64,000 nt of DNA from the human T2T-CHM13v2.0 reference genome, Homo sapiens (GCF_009914755.1 NC_060936.1), one strand, 5' to 3'. Positions 40,157-56,846 are shown, numbered from the stretch's first letter. Notes: generated from the letters alone by a model not told the origin. Numbers and translations: made by a program.

Positions 40157-41592
40157 TCATAGGAAAAACTGTTAAGAGCTAAGGAGAGAAAAAGAGGCAG
40201 AGAAGGAAAGGGGGGAATGATTAAAAGCTGCAGTGGGGAAGAAAGACATCATTAAAGTAATGGGACAAGAATTTGAGAAGAGTGAGAAAAGGTAATATAT
40301 TCCAGGGAGGAAAAGAAGGATAGTGGGGATGGAGAAGAGTCAGCACACATGCAAAAATTATATATATATATACATATATATATATATACACACACATATT
40401 GTAAAAGAATGACTTTGAATTTTTTAATAGTCATTTTGGCATTTGTTGAAACACGCTTATGTTTCCTGATGTCCTACTAACTATATAGATTAGGAAATCT
40501 CAGATTTCCTAATTCACAAAATTGAATTGTGAAAATAGATTGTTTTTAGAAATGCACCAACATTTAGTTTAAATTTATTAATAATTAGATCTCATTTACA
40601 ATATGAAAATATTATATTTTGTTTTATAAATCACTATCAGATTTACCATCTAATTTAATGATGGTGAATGAAACTGCAAGTTAAGGGCAAATTTTCTGAT
40701 TATCAATAAGAGATGCTATAAATAGGAGAAACAGTTTTAAAAATATCTTTATTTTCATGTAGATGCTGCATGGGCAAAAGTGTCTAACGTGTTTTTTTTT
40801 TTTTTTTTTACCCCAAATGCTCCTTCAGAGTATTTGAAAATATTCCTTCAGAATCACACTTGCTAATAATCTCAGAAATGCTGCATTCAAGAATAAAATG
40901 TATGTTTTCATGTGCTCTCAAAACCTCTTAATAAGCAAAAGTGGCATTTAGAAAATTGCTAATACATTAACTAATAGAACCCGTAAAAACAAAGAACATT
41001 TTGTGCTGTGACAGCCTCATTATCTTCCTGGGGATGATATGTGCTCTGTGTCTTAGTTATGTTTAAACATCTAGCAAATACACTTTAAAACGTTTGATGA
41101 TCTCTTCCCTGAGTGAGCAAAGACCAACCATAAGAGGTGTCTAAACAAAAGTTAGACTACAAATCAAAACATTTTCCTTTTAACATTTGTAATAAATTTA
41201 ACATGTATTGTAACTAGCCACTGATTAGATATAATTTTTCTGTCATTCTCCTAAATCTCTAGAACCTTTTTATTGTCGTTTTTAGTAAACTTGACTAAAT
41301 ATCTATTCACTCTATGTGTCTGAAGGAAGAAATAAGATATAAGGAATTTCTCAAATTTTCATCTGTATTCTGTACCAAAATTTTTAATAGAGTTGCTTAA
41401 GTATAGAAAATTGAGGAAATGACTTACTTTTATCCCACATAGCAATAAATGTAGTTTTTTAATACAGAGCATTCATTCAGTGAAGAAGCTAAACGTTTGC
41501 TAGCACTGCTTATAACTGGAAACTGACTATGTCTTCACTAATAAATAAAATAGATTGTGGTCCTCCCATGCAGTAAAATATAATGGCAGCAA

Positions 41593-41775
41593 AGCAGTAT
41601 AAAGCAGTTGTTAAGAAACTGGAGGCAGAAGTCAGGATATTTGGGTCAAGGACAGGCTCTGTTATTTATAATCTGTATTATACAGTTATATTATACAGTT
41701 ATATATAATTGTATAATCTAGGGCAATTGTCTAAACTCTCTAAGCCTGTTTCCTCATCTAGAAAATGGGATAAGT
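41593..41775 (+). mobile_element. MIR SINE relic
   Basis: gttaagaaactggaggcagaag...ctctctaagcctgtttcctcatctagaaaatggga. Confidence 0.7.
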
Positions 41776-41914
41776 GAAAATTAATTTATATGTATATGAT
41801 TTATCTCCAAAATTTAACACTAACGAAAATAAACTTTTTAAAAAGGAAATATTATTTCATTCACTCTATTTTCTCTTTCATTTATATAATAAAATGTTTT
41901 GAACACTAACTTGC

Positions 41915-42115
41915 AGGGCAGCATAAAGATGGGTTAAGCACAGAGAATTTGAAGCCAAATAGCTTTGGTTCAAATCCTGGTTCCATCATTCACCAGTTGT
42001 GTGACCTTGGACAAGTCACACACATACAAGTCAATCCTTGTATGCCTCAATTTTCTCATCTGCAAAATGGGGATAATATTAGCATCTAATACCTCACTGG
42101 GTTGCTAGAGGATTA
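41915..42115 (+). mobile_element. MIR SINE
   Basis: ggttcaaatcctggttcc...tgtgtgaccttggacaagtca...gcctcaattttctcatctgcaaaatggggataata. Confidence 0.8.
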
Positions 42116-43007
42116 TAAGTTAAAATATAATGAGTTATATGAGCTGGGGTATTACATAAGTTAATAATATGTGTTATGAGCTATAAAATTCATAAAATGG
42201 CAACAAATATTACAAGAGCTATATAAGTGTTTGTTAAAATAAGTGTGCTTCCAGGCATATTAGCCTATAAAGATGAATAAAACATAGAATATACAAAAAC
42301 AAATAAAGAAAAAAAATAGACCCTTTACCAGAAAAGCAAAGAAAAAACATATTAGGAGGAGAAAAGCCCTTTCTTTCATCCACTCTGCCAAATATAGAAT
42401 ATGCCTATACAAGCAGTTTTTATAGTTTTTTCTGCTAAAATCAAACTGTATCCAGGGAAAGATTTTTTTAATAATTTAAAATTTATTTAATGTGGCCCAT
42501 TTTTAAAGATAACCTAATACAAACTTTTCTTTTGTTTTTAAGAGAATAAAAGGTATTCCACAAAATGCCATACAGCATTAGTAGGCTTTTACCTCTGTTG
42601 CATATTCAATTTTCAAATTTCACAGTTTCATGGTTCTCTACAAAGTGATAACTCAGGGAAACAATCAAAGAAAAGATGTTCAGTTACTACTCATTATGAA
42701 ATAAAACTATTAAAAGTGAAAGTTTGAAAAAAATGAAGAGTAATGGATTGTTTGTGATAAATACATGACACCAATTACTTTTTATGTCATGTTTCTATCT
42801 TTCTCTTTCTTTTTCTGAGATGTGCACATCAAGCTTTTTCTTTCTTTGTGAGGACATCAGCACCACTAGACTGTCTGGCAAATAAATCCTTATTTTCTTA
42901 CAGGAAAAATATGAAACAACAATAGTAATACGAGGAAGGATACTATCAAGTACAAATTCTCCATTTTTGCTATTTCTCTCTGCTATGCTCCAGCAGCACC
43001 TTGAAAC

Positions 43008-43733
43008 ACATTCTTCAGGGAATTTCTCTGAGAATTATAAAAGAAAAAGTCTGTAAAACATATGCCTTCTCACTGTATCAGGCTAATTTCATAGCCTAAA
43101 ATCAGTCCGCTCTGTTACGCCACCACACTAGTCTTCCCTTTAAAAAAGAGCTAAAGACCTATTTTTCTATACTAATTAAGACTCTCAATAGAGAACTATG
43201 TTTAGGGCAAAAGAAGCTTTTTGTGAAAGAAGCCTTTAACATGAACTGACATTAGGCAGTGAGTTGAGAAATAAGAAGCACAAGTTTCAGTTCTCAGTCT
43301 AAAAGTAATGGTGAGGTATTAAACAGTCCACAGACTCTTACAAAATTTCCCAACTAGCCAAATTACTTATTCACACTATAAAGCAGAATTTCCTGAACCC
43401 ACTTTAGCGGGCCCATAAGGACCATCCCACAGCACACACAATCACTGAGATAGTCGTTCTTAATGTAAAATATTAGGTTCTCTGCAAAGATTATATTCAT
43501 GTAGTTTACACGAGCAATGCTATACACAGATTTTGTCAGTCTTAGAGTTTTAAAGGACATAAAAAGCACCTTTACATTATTAGGCATTTTCTTGATGAGA
43601 TACACAAAATCTGTTTATTCACTAATGTTTCAGTCAAAATATAGCTACCAGTTTTGGAGTTCTTAAAGGCACTGTTGCAAATGTTCTATGGGCTTTTAAC
43701 AAATAATTCTCAGAGAAATTCCCTGAAAAATGT
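43008..43733. repeat. Segment bounded by inverted repeats (arms 43008-43065 and 43677-43733)
   Basis: ttcagggaatttctctgagaattat (43014-43038) is the exact reverse complement of ataattctcagagaaattccctgaa (43703-43727). Confidence 0.92.
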
Positions 43734-44968
43734 TATTGCTATTTAACATATGATGAAATTAAAGTTCTAAAAGTAGTTTACCCAAAATAATAGTAGGAAA
43801 TGGTAAATTGGAGAATTAAACCTAAGATTCAATTCTAAACTCCTTGCTGTGGTCATCATTAAGCTTCCTCAACTGATTCAGGTGCTGCAAGATATGCCAA
43901 AGGTATAAGAAAATAAAGCTGGTTTTCTCTCTCTTCAAAGAGTTTAAAATTAAATTTGAGAGGCACTGAAATGCACCTGAAATAATTAGTAATCATAACA
44001 ACTATAATAAGTACTAATTTTTAGAGTAGCAAATTATACATGCAAGAGAAGTTTAGAGAAGAGAGAATGCTAGAAATCAAAGAAAAATGGAAAACTTCTT
44101 ATCATAGTACTAATCACACTCTTTTAGGATTGTTCATTTAATTTTCTTTCTATACCATGAAGACAGGGAACATGTCTGATTATTCACACACACACTATGC
44201 CTTGTTATTAATGTTCCATAAATTCATATTGAGTTAATTATTAATTTATTAAATCTTCATGTATAGAGAGTCATTTAGTTTAAGCCTAGAAGAAATAAGT
44301 GAAGAGGAAAAGATACAGAGCATTCCCAGAGGCACCACCCAGGAAATTTTACAGTGCATATACACACACACTACAATGAAGGAAGTGGCTTAACCAAAAG
44401 AAATGAAGAATAATAAATAGAAGACTAATATAGGAGAGTCATTTCATGAAGGGTCATGAAAGTCAAGTAGGGTAGTTTACATTTGACCTAGCAGGCAATG
44501 GAGAACTATTGTTGATCTACAGTGAGTGATTCTATTAAAGTAGCTTGTTAGGAAGATTAGTCTAGCAGTGGTATGTAGAATTAATTGGGTAGAGGAGAAA
44601 GTAAAGATCTCCACTGAATAGGAAACTGTTACCATGACACATATGTGACAATAAAAGGCCTTCCACTAGATTGTAGCAGTGGGAGTTGAAAAGAACCATC
44701 AAATCTATCTGTCATCTGTGATTATCAACTGTTTTGGAAAATAGGTTACACTCAGAAAGGAGCTTTTCCAAACCTTATATATTCAGATTATTTTTGTTCA
44801 CATTCCAGAGTACATTGCCCTTCCCTCTTCATCCATAGCCTGGTGATAGTTACTTCTATAGGGACAATGACAGGAATGTGTAAGGCATATGGAAAAAGGC
44901 TAATAGCCACTTTTAGATGGTTAGATACTCTATACACAATGTGTGATAATCGATGACAGTGTACTTAG

Positions 44969-45281
<313 letters not shown>

Positions 45282-45447
45282 AAGAGTTTTTTTTATTTGT
45301 AATTTAATATGCCTGTATGTGTGTGTGTGTGTGTGTGTATATGCAAGGCAGGTACATATATGTGCACTTTGTTGTTTTTTTGTTTGTTTTTTTACAATGT
45401 ATGTTACTTTCCTATGAGAAGCGCTAAAAAATAATAATAATAAATCA

Positions 45448-47562
45448 CTAATTAAACTTAAGAGCCTCTGCACAGCAAAAGAAACTATCAACACAGTAAA
45501 AAGACAACCTACAGAATGGGAGAAAATATTTGCAAACTATGCATCTCACAAAGGTCTAAAATCCAGCATCTATAAGGAACTAAAATTAACAAGAGAGAAA
45601 CAAACAGCCCTATTTAAAATTGGGCAAGGGACATGAACAAACACTTCTCAAAAGAAGACGCACATGCACCCAACAAGCATATGAAAAAAAGCTCAATATT
45701 ATTGATCACTAGAGAAATTCAAATAAAAACCACAGCGAGATACCATCTCACACCAGTCAGAATGGCTATTATTAAAAAGTCAGAAAGTAACAACAGGTGC
45801 TGGTGAGGTTGCAGAGAAGAGGGAACCCTTATACACTGTTGGTGGGAGTGTAAATTAGTTCAACCATTGTGGTAAGTAGTATGGTGACTCCTCAAAGAAC
45901 TAAAGCCAGAACTACCATTTGACTCAGCAATCCTATTACTGAGTATATACCCAGAGGAATATAAGGCATTCTACAGAAACCTGCATGTGAATGTTCATTG
46001 CAGCACTGTTTACTGTTGCAGAAAGTCAGGGACCCTGAACGGAGGGACCAGCTGAAGCCATGGCAGAAGAACATAAACTGTGAAGATTTCATGGACATTT
46101 ATTAGTTCCCCAAACTAATACTTTTATAATTTCTTATGCCTGTCTTTACTGCAATCTCTGAACATAAATTATGAAGATTTCATTGACATTTATCACTTCC
46201 CTAATCAATACTCTTATAATTTCCTGCACCTGTCTTTAATCTCTTAATCCCATCATCTTCATTAGCTGAGGATGTATGTCACTTCAGGACCCTGTGATGA
46301 TTGCGTTAACTGTACAAATTGTAAAACATGTGTGTTTGAACAATATGAAATCAGGGCACCCTGAAAAAGAACAGAATAACAGCGATTTTCAGGGAACAAG
46401 GAAAGATAACCATAAGGTCTGGCTGCCTGTGGGGTCGGGCAGAATACAGCCATATTTTTCATCTCACAGAGAGCCTATAGATGGACATATGAGTAGGAGA
46501 ACTATCACTGAATTCTTTTTCCAGCAAGGAATATTAATAATTGATAACCCTGGGGAAGGAATGCATTTCCAGGGGTAGGCCTACAGACGACCGCTCTGGG
46601 AATGTTTGTCTTATGCAGTTGAGATAAGGGATGAAATACGCTCTGGTCTCCTGCAGTGCCCTTCAGGCTTACTAGGATTGGGAAATTCCAGCCTGGTGAA
46701 TTCTAGTCAGACCAGTTATCTGCTCTGGAACCCTGTTTCCTGTTAAGATGTTTATCAGGACAACGTGTGCCCAGCGGGACATGGACCCTCATCAGTAATT
46801 CTAATTTCACCCTTGCCTTGTGATCCTGCTCTGCTCCTCTGCCTTCTGATCTTTTATTGCCCTCTGAAGCATGTGATCCCTGTGACCTACTCTGTATTCA
46901 TACACCCCTCCCCTTTTGAAATCCCTAATAAAAACTTGCTGGTTTTGTGGCTCAGGTGGGCATCACGGAATCTGCTGATATGTGATGTCACCCCTGGAGG
47001 CCGAGCTGTAAAATGTCTCTCTTTATACTCTTTCTCTTTATTTCTCAGACCGGCCGACACTTAGGGAAAATAGAAAAGAACCTACATTGAAATATTGGGG
47101 ACTGGTTCCCCCAATAGTTCACAATAGAAAAGACATGGAATTAACCTAAATGCCCATAAATGACTGGATAAAGAAAATGTGGCACAAATATACCATAGAA
47201 TATTATGCAGCCATAACAAAGAATGAGGTCATGTCTTTTGAGGGAATATGAATGAAACTGGAGGCTATCACTGTTAGCAAACTAAAGCAGAAACAGAAAA
47301 CCAAATTCTGCATGTTCTCACTTATAAGTGGAAGCTAAATGATAAGAACTTATGAACACAGAGAAAGAAACAACAGACACTGAGGTCTTCTTGGGGGGAA
47401 ACGGTGGGAGGAGGGAGAGGAGCAGAAAAGATAACTATTGGGAACTGAGCTTAATACCTGGGTGATGCAATAATATGTACAACAAACCTCCATGACATGT
47501 GTTTATCTGTGTAACAAACCTTCACATGTACCCCCAAACCTAAAATAAATTTAAAAAAAAAA
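45448..47562 (+). mobile_element. 5'-truncated LINE-1 (older L1PA, about PA12-16) interrupted by an LTR
   Basis: ORF2 C-terminal region (aattaaacttaagagcctctgcacagcaaaagaaact) resumes after the LTR at 47117; 3' end gtacccccaaacctaaaataaa plus A-tail. Confidence 0.88.
46014..47116 (+). mobile_element. MER11 solo LTR (HERV-K11/HML-8 class ERV), 1103 bp
   Basis: Starts tgttgcagaaagtcagggaccctgaacggagggacc and ends ggttcccccaata; 6-bp TSD gtttac (46008-46013) / gttcac (47117-47122); aataaa at ~46927; internal ~90-bp duplication at 46070-46238. Confidence 0.9.
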
Positions 47563-48195
47563 AGAATGCTAAAAATATGTTCCCAATCCTAGAGACAATT
47601 TGAAAGAAGCAATGATAAGATTAAGCAACTTGAAAATAATAAGAAAAAAAAGAGTCAAAGATAAACATGGTTTTTGCTTGGGAAGTTGAAACAATGATTA
47701 TGGTATTGACAAAAACAGATTTGTTAGCAAACAGAGATAATGTTTTAAATAGAATTGGTATGTCTAGTAAATTTCAATAAGTCCGCCCAACTAAATTAGT
47801 TTATAGCTTGAGCATTAGTCCTGGTTTCTGACCCCAGGACTTTAAGAGATGCCATACAATCTCCCTCAGGAAATTCAATTGTTTGAGATCTTTAAATTTG
47901 TATATGGAACATCTAAAGGTAGATGTGCCTACAAAAGGCAGGTGAAAAAATAAAGGCTGTAAAATAATGACTTATGAAGCATTTATTTCCAGTGAATGAT
48001 TAAATGCACTTCAGGTCATAAGCTCTTCAAGAGTATCCACAGGGAGAAGAGCAAATGGCCAAGCCCTCTTCACCTATGCCTAAAAATGGCAGTTATAAGA
48101 GAGTAACACCTTCTCCTTCACTGACTTGGGTCTGCCCTGTACATTTTTGAAAGTTTATCGTTATTTATAACTAGATTTTGAAACACAAAGTATAT

Positions 48196-48226
<31 letters not shown>

Positions 48227-51039
48227 CCCTGCCAACATAGAAATAATAATGAGCACCTATAGAATATGTCAAACAGAGAGAGAAGTAGGAAAATGAGAAG
48301 GCTCTAGAACAACAAAGTAAGAATCAAAGATTTTAGTTACTCCAGGAAGACTAAAGCGTGACAAAAAGATATCATTGTAAAACTAAGGGATAAAATGAGA
48401 AACGGAAGCAACTTTCCCTTAGTGACAATGAATGGGCTCTCAGAACGCTGAGTTCTTGGTGCTGTGTGTCCTGCCTCTAAAATCCCTGCCACATAAATGT
48501 TAGAATAAAGGGAGAAAATGAAATGTGTCAATATAAAAAAAGTTTTTCAGAATCCTACTGCTGTTTATTGCTTTATTGAGTTGTGACTACAGGTGACAGT
48601 ATTTTCATTCCCATTAAGAAATTACTTTGTCATGGAAACTTGATGAAGTTACATATTGGTGAATATAAAAATAAAATTGCATTTAAGTTATACTAAATCC
48701 TATGGAGTATAAAGAGGAGATAAATAATTTTGAATTTTGGACAGATGTTTCCACTTCTACAATTCTACTGGAATTCCTGTTTTCTGAATATCTTTGGATA
48801 TTTCTGCTATCCCAAAGTGCTCTGGCTTGGTGCTCAATAACCCTTAAAAATGCCGATTGATAATAAAAGTATTTACTCTTTATATTCCCAGATTCAAGAG
48901 AATACAAGCTCTATTTATGTTATAAAGCTACATTGTTTGACTCATGGAGCTCAATTTAAAGAGTCATTTTCTTTAAGTCTCAAACTTACTGAGTCTCAAG
49001 ATGGGAAACAACCAGGTACTGCTATGCCTACCAGCTTTGAGGTGATTCACATTTACAAGCTCCTTACAAAAGTCCTTTGCTATCTATTCATTATACTTAG
49101 CAACATCAAACGGGAAAAATAATTAAAAAGATCCTATTGAACACCTACAGACCTTGAACATAGACAGGGGGTAAACACAAAGACAGAATATTTGGTTACA
49201 AGAGTCACACTTCATCTTTTTAATTAATTATACATTTTTGGGTTTTCTATTATTTCCCTTCTATTCCCTTGGTTCTAACAGAAGTATACACTTACATGTA
49301 TATATTTCATTAAGAGGAAATGAAAGGGTTGTCTTTAGTTAAGATGTTTCCATTCACAGAGACTACACATTTAAAAAATAAATTGCCTGAATAAATTCAA
49401 TTATCTAGAGAAGCAAAGGGAATCACATGCAAATGACATAATATGAAGAGGCCATTCCAACAGCTTCATGTTTATTTTTATTGTTTCAGTCAGTGGAAGG
49501 GAAAAGCTGTCAAAAATTTAACATCTCTTCCTTTTTAAAGGCCCCATGTCTCTGGTACTGAAAATTGCATGAGCAATAATATTGAGAGAAGAAATTTGTC
49601 TACTATTGAAAATAGGAGCAGGTTCAGATTCTCTCCAACTTACCACCAGCACACAAGTGGGCCACCATACTCCTTGGTTGTATTTTGCCTACGGAAAGCA
49701 AAGACTACTTAATCTGAAAGTAGTCCAGATCAATCTGGCCAACGAAGACTGGCTTTAAAAAACAGTGTATCTTAAAAGCAACTAATAAATCCACTTATGT
49801 TAAATTTGCCTAAAACATGACTGTTCTGTCTCTGACATCAGCATTGAAAGTAGTAGGTGCCATATATGACTTTATCAGAAGGGATTCTAGCCTTGTACAT
49901 TCCAACGAATAATAATTTACGTTTTGCCTTATTCTTTCAATCTGACAAAAATAAATGAAGATTTAGGCTGACTTTGTAATAGGTTCTTACTGAAAATCTC
50001 TGGCTTTTTACACTGAATTTACGTGCTACCTGAGTTCTCTTGAAGCGTGAATGTACCAAGTAAATGTGGCATATGTTTGTATTTTCTTGCCAATTCCAAA
50101 TTCATTCATTCAAATCACTCACTGTAGGCCAAATTCTTATCCAATTCCACAGAGCCACCGATTTTCCTAGAAGTGAATAACAGCTTTGTGCAAGGAAACA
50201 GGGATGTCAATAGCAGGTCTGTTGGAAGAACTATGCAACTAGTAGACAGGATAAGAATTTGACCACAGGGTTTCTTGAGTGTGGTAGAATAGAGTTTGAA
50301 ATGATCTAAATGATGAAGCTTTCAACACTTTCACTTGGGGGTCAATCCCAAACCCTGACAATTTGAATACTGCGAATTTTTCATTTTCTACTCAGTATAT
50401 GTCTTTCTTTTTACTTTTTCCATGGCAATATTGTATACTACTTTGACTGTAACATGGGTTAGCTAATTCTTTCCATCTATATATGTGTATTACAATGCTC
50501 TTTATCATGATTAACCTCAGATTGCATTCAGAACCTAAGAATATATTCTGGAAAAAAATTACTAAATTTATTAATGTGACAATCACTATATGATATTTTA
50601 GAACGCTATTTCTTTGATTCTTTCTAACAGACCTATGAGGTAGGAAATATGATCAATGCTTTTACACACAGAGAAAATGAGTTTAAGCCATGGCTTCAAG
50701 TTAAATAACAAACAATTTCAATCCACATCTCTGATTCCTTTGAATGTGCTTTTAACTATTGTGTCATATGGCTTCTCATCGGAATAAAATACTTAATTGT
50801 TTTAATTTTACTAACCTTACTCAATTTTCTCTTTAAAGTTTGTTTTATCCCTATATATGTCATCTCTCAATACCATATGATGTTTCTGATACTCTAGTTT
50901 GGTTTCCTAAGGTACTTAACATCTTCAACTTTCTATACTACTTATAATTGGCTACATCTTACATTTCAATTTTCTTAACTTGTACTTCCAAATGAAAATT
51001 GAGCTATTTTGTCAACTCCTAAATAACATTTTAAACACA

Positions 51040-51041
<2 letters not shown>

Positions 51042-51090
<49 letters not shown>
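51042..51090. repeat. (CA)n microsatellite
   Basis: About 24 uninterrupted CA units. Confidence 0.96.
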
Positions 51091-51095
<5 letters not shown>

Positions 51096-51179
51096 AAATA
51101 AAGTATGGTCACAAAATATGTTAATCATGTCCCTACTTTGTGAAAAGCACTATCCTGAGTCCTAGAAGGAATAAAAATA

Positions 51180-53401
<2,222 letters not shown>

Positions 53402-53814
53402 TGTATACAAACATTTACATACACATGTACACTATGGCATAAGTATAACATAATAGCTATACACACATATGCATATACAAAGGAAAGGTAACTATGTTAA
53501 TTTCAGTAATATATATTTATGATTTGGGCTATGAAAAAAGATTCTAATATATGGATTTTTAAATATATGGAATAGTCTAGATTGTAACTAAAGAGTTTTA
53601 AAGTACATATAATTTGTTATGAACAAGTAGATGTTAGTAATGCGAAAGTGCCCAAAACAGCTCTGTGAGTGTTTTGCCACCAATCCAAATTTAGGAGTAA
53701 GCCTCTGTCACTAGGAGAGGCATCCAGGTCATCTTTAAAACTTCTGACTAGTTAATCTCTTGAATGATGCCTGTTAACACTTCATTTCTTGTCCATTGCC
53801 ATTTCATATCCAAA

Positions 53815-53876
53815 GCAATATTCTCTTTATTGTGGTAGTGTGGAACTGAGCCTACAACGTCTCCAAGATATGCCTA
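53815..53876 (+). mobile_element. Second, isolated Tigger1 right end (~62 bp)
   Basis: gcaatattctctttattgtggtagtgtggaactgagcctacaacgtctccaagatatgccta|ta matches the recalled Tigger1 3' terminus followed by TA. Confidence 0.8.
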
Positions 53877-55254
53877 TAATCTAATAGTGAAATCCAAAGT
53901 TTTTAATAACCTCCTCAATACATTTGAGACTACTGAACAGTACTTTTCCTAGCTTTCTGATGGCCTACCGTCTACTGGTTTTTCATCCTTCTCCGAGGCA
54001 TTGCCAGTTTTCATCTTCAATCCTCTAAAATAAATTTAATGGCCATAACAAGTTCTGATTTGAGCATATAAAGACCTCATTTCTTTCTAATTTCCCTTTT
54101 GGGGATTTGATCTTGACATTGTGTTGCTGAAGATGTTTCTTCAGCTTCCACCTAGCTTTCAGGAAAAACTTGGAACTCTTTGAACAATGTGCACACTCAA
54201 TTTATCTTCACTCTCCACTCCACTTAGTAATATAACCATAAGTCCTTGCTTTCCCCTGGCCATGCGTTCCTTATTTTCTCAACTCCACGCCTCTCCTCAA
54301 AAAACTTCAAGCTTTAAAACATGGCATAGGTTTACTTCCTTGGGGAATTATATGTTCTCAATAAATATGTGTGGAATTAATGACTCTTGAAATTTACAAT
54401 TTCAAATCTCATCTCATATACACAGGTAAGTCTCACATTTCCATCTCATGGAAGAAAGGTTTTAATCACATAGTTCCATTAGTCCATTTTCCACCTAAAT
54501 ATCTCCTATGTCAAACCCAACAATGATAATGTTAACTCAGAATTCTGTCACACAAACCTGTTGTTCTTTTTGGCTTATGTTTCCCCTCCTTAAAGTGCTA
54601 CCAACATTTTCCCAGTCACACAAGATTTAAGCAAAAATCACACTTTTGATCTTAGGCAAGTCTCTTATCCTGTCTGAACTTTAATTTTCCTATCTCAAAG
54701 TAAGAGATACGGACTAACAGACCTCTAAGACCTAATGCCAAGTTTAAAATTCTATGGATCTGTGAGTGGTAAATATATAAAAACACAAGCTGGTAATTGT
54801 GTTACTATTGGTCTTTAATCATTCTAAAACTCTTACTAGAACTTCTTTCTTTAAATACCCCAAATTAAAAAAATCTAGATTTACAATAAGATGAATAAGG
54901 AATTTGTACTACTGCCTGACACTGAAATGAATTAAGTGGGTTGGATCTATCCCCATAGAAAAGAATAGGTCTTTCCTACACACTATGCCACCAAAATGAA
55001 CAGTGATGCCTCTTACTTTGAAAAGCGATCTGTAAATTAAGCTCTAGCTGTGTATAAACAACAAAGATAGTAAAAAAAAAAACAAAAAAACTTCCACATA
55101 CAAAACACTATTAACATAAAAATTATTACCTTTATTGCTAATAATATGAGTAGATAGATTTAAGTAAATACCACCTAGGCAGTTTAACCTCAATCAGAAA
55201 AAAAAATTTAAGGATGTGAAGAAATGACAAAAATCATAACTACCTTTTAATTTC

Positions 55255-55382
55255 CTTCATTTCTTCCTTCCTCCCTTTTTTCTTTTTTCCTTTCCTCTTT
55301 CCCTCCTTCTCTCCCTCCCTCACTCCCTCTCTCCCTCCTTCCTTCCCTCCCTTCTTCCCTGCCTTCCACTTTTTTTTCTTCC
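55255..55382. repeat. CT-rich low-complexity (polypyrimidine) tract
   Basis: (CCTT/CCCT)n-like run. Confidence 0.85.
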
Positions 55383-56846
55383 TTGGTTAAAAAATGTGTA
55401 AAAACATCACCTGCTTTTAATATTAGCTGGTTTAATAAGATTTCCTATTTGACCTTTTTGTACATGCAATGAACTGTTCTATTTCACGGCTCCACTTCGT
55501 ATTTCTAGGGAAGATAAGAATGTTAAGATTTCTTTCTGCTGATTACTCCAACATGCTTAATTATTTATCTAATTTTTCCACCTTCTAACTGGCCTGGGAA
55601 GAATAAACAACTTTAAGGTTCAGAAAAGAATATCAAGCATTTTGAAGCAAGAGCAAATTCATTTTCATACCTGAGTAAGAAAAGTAGCAATATAGGTACT
55701 CATTGTCATTTCTCATACTCTTCAGAAAACCCACTCTTACTTTCCATTCACTTTTGCTCGTGGTAATCTCTATAATTCAACCCTAAGTTATATGTACAAG
55801 TATTTTTCTGACACATAGCAGACCAAAAAATTGTCTGGTCTTAATTCACAGAACTTACTTGACAATTTATGTATTTCACTAAAATACAAATAAGCCAAGT
55901 ACCAGCCAACATCTTGGAGGGATTTTCTTAAACAGAACACCCATATCCCTTCATTCCCACCCTACCCTCGCCTGAACCATGGTTCAATTTTGCTCCCATG
56001 GATTTGGTCTGGAAACAAACCAGTATTAGGCTTTTTTATTCAATGTTTCCTAAAGATACATATTTTGAGTATAAACTAAATAATAAATTGAGTTCATGAG
56101 ATAGGATTTTTATTAAGCAATTCGCATACTCCAAACCTCTTATGACTCCTCAACAACTGTAGATTATAAAGTCCTAATTTTTGATAGCATTCAAGGCCCC
56201 CCAGAATCTGCCCTTCATCTACCTTTTCAACTTTTTCACATTAAAACATAATCTTTCAGGTCAGGCCCATTCTTATAGGCTGCGTAACTTTATGCTCTGC
56301 ACTTCTGTATTTACATCAGTAAAATGGAAATAATGATAGCTTTGCAGAAGGTTGTTAAAGATTACATGACATGATGAATATAAATACTTAACCTAATTCC
56401 TAGCCTACACTTACATTTAGCTAAATGTTATTTCCTTTTTACTAGATTCCTTGAAAGTACACTCTTCATCAAATACATTAACTTGCCTAGTGTTCCACAC
56501 ACATACCCAGAAGTTCCCTGAAAAGACAAAATGTAGTGCAGGTTATATGCTACATAATTTTCACAACATACCTAGAATATCTGTTCCTTATTATAAGCTC
56601 TTTTCCCTCACTTTGCTTGGAATATCTTCCCCTCAATTTCTCTCCACCTCCACACACATTTTCAAATCATATCTATCCTTCATGACTTTGCTTAAATATC
56701 TTAGTTTTTAGGAAGCCTTTCTTCATTTCTACCCTTTCACTGAAACCCCACCAGCCTACCGCCCTACTTCTGAAATTGATCTCATGCACCTCTGTTTTGT
56801 TCTAATCTGTACATGTGTATTGGATGTGTGCCATGGTCCTCTAGAA

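Noticed and set aside
41676-41705. 13-bp tandem duplication tattatacagtta x2 (and similar micro-duplications at ~9942 and ~63851)
   Set aside because: Ordinary slippage events inside decayed MIR or L1 copies with no evident consequence.
55660-55695. Isolated polypyrimidine-AG|GT motifs on the SOX5 strand (ttcttactcag|gtatga at 55670; ttttctag|gtaaat at ~20603) as recursive splice sites
   Set aside because: Such motifs are expected by chance in 64 kb of AT-rich DNA and lack the typical GTAAG; saw-tooth nascent RNA data would be needed.
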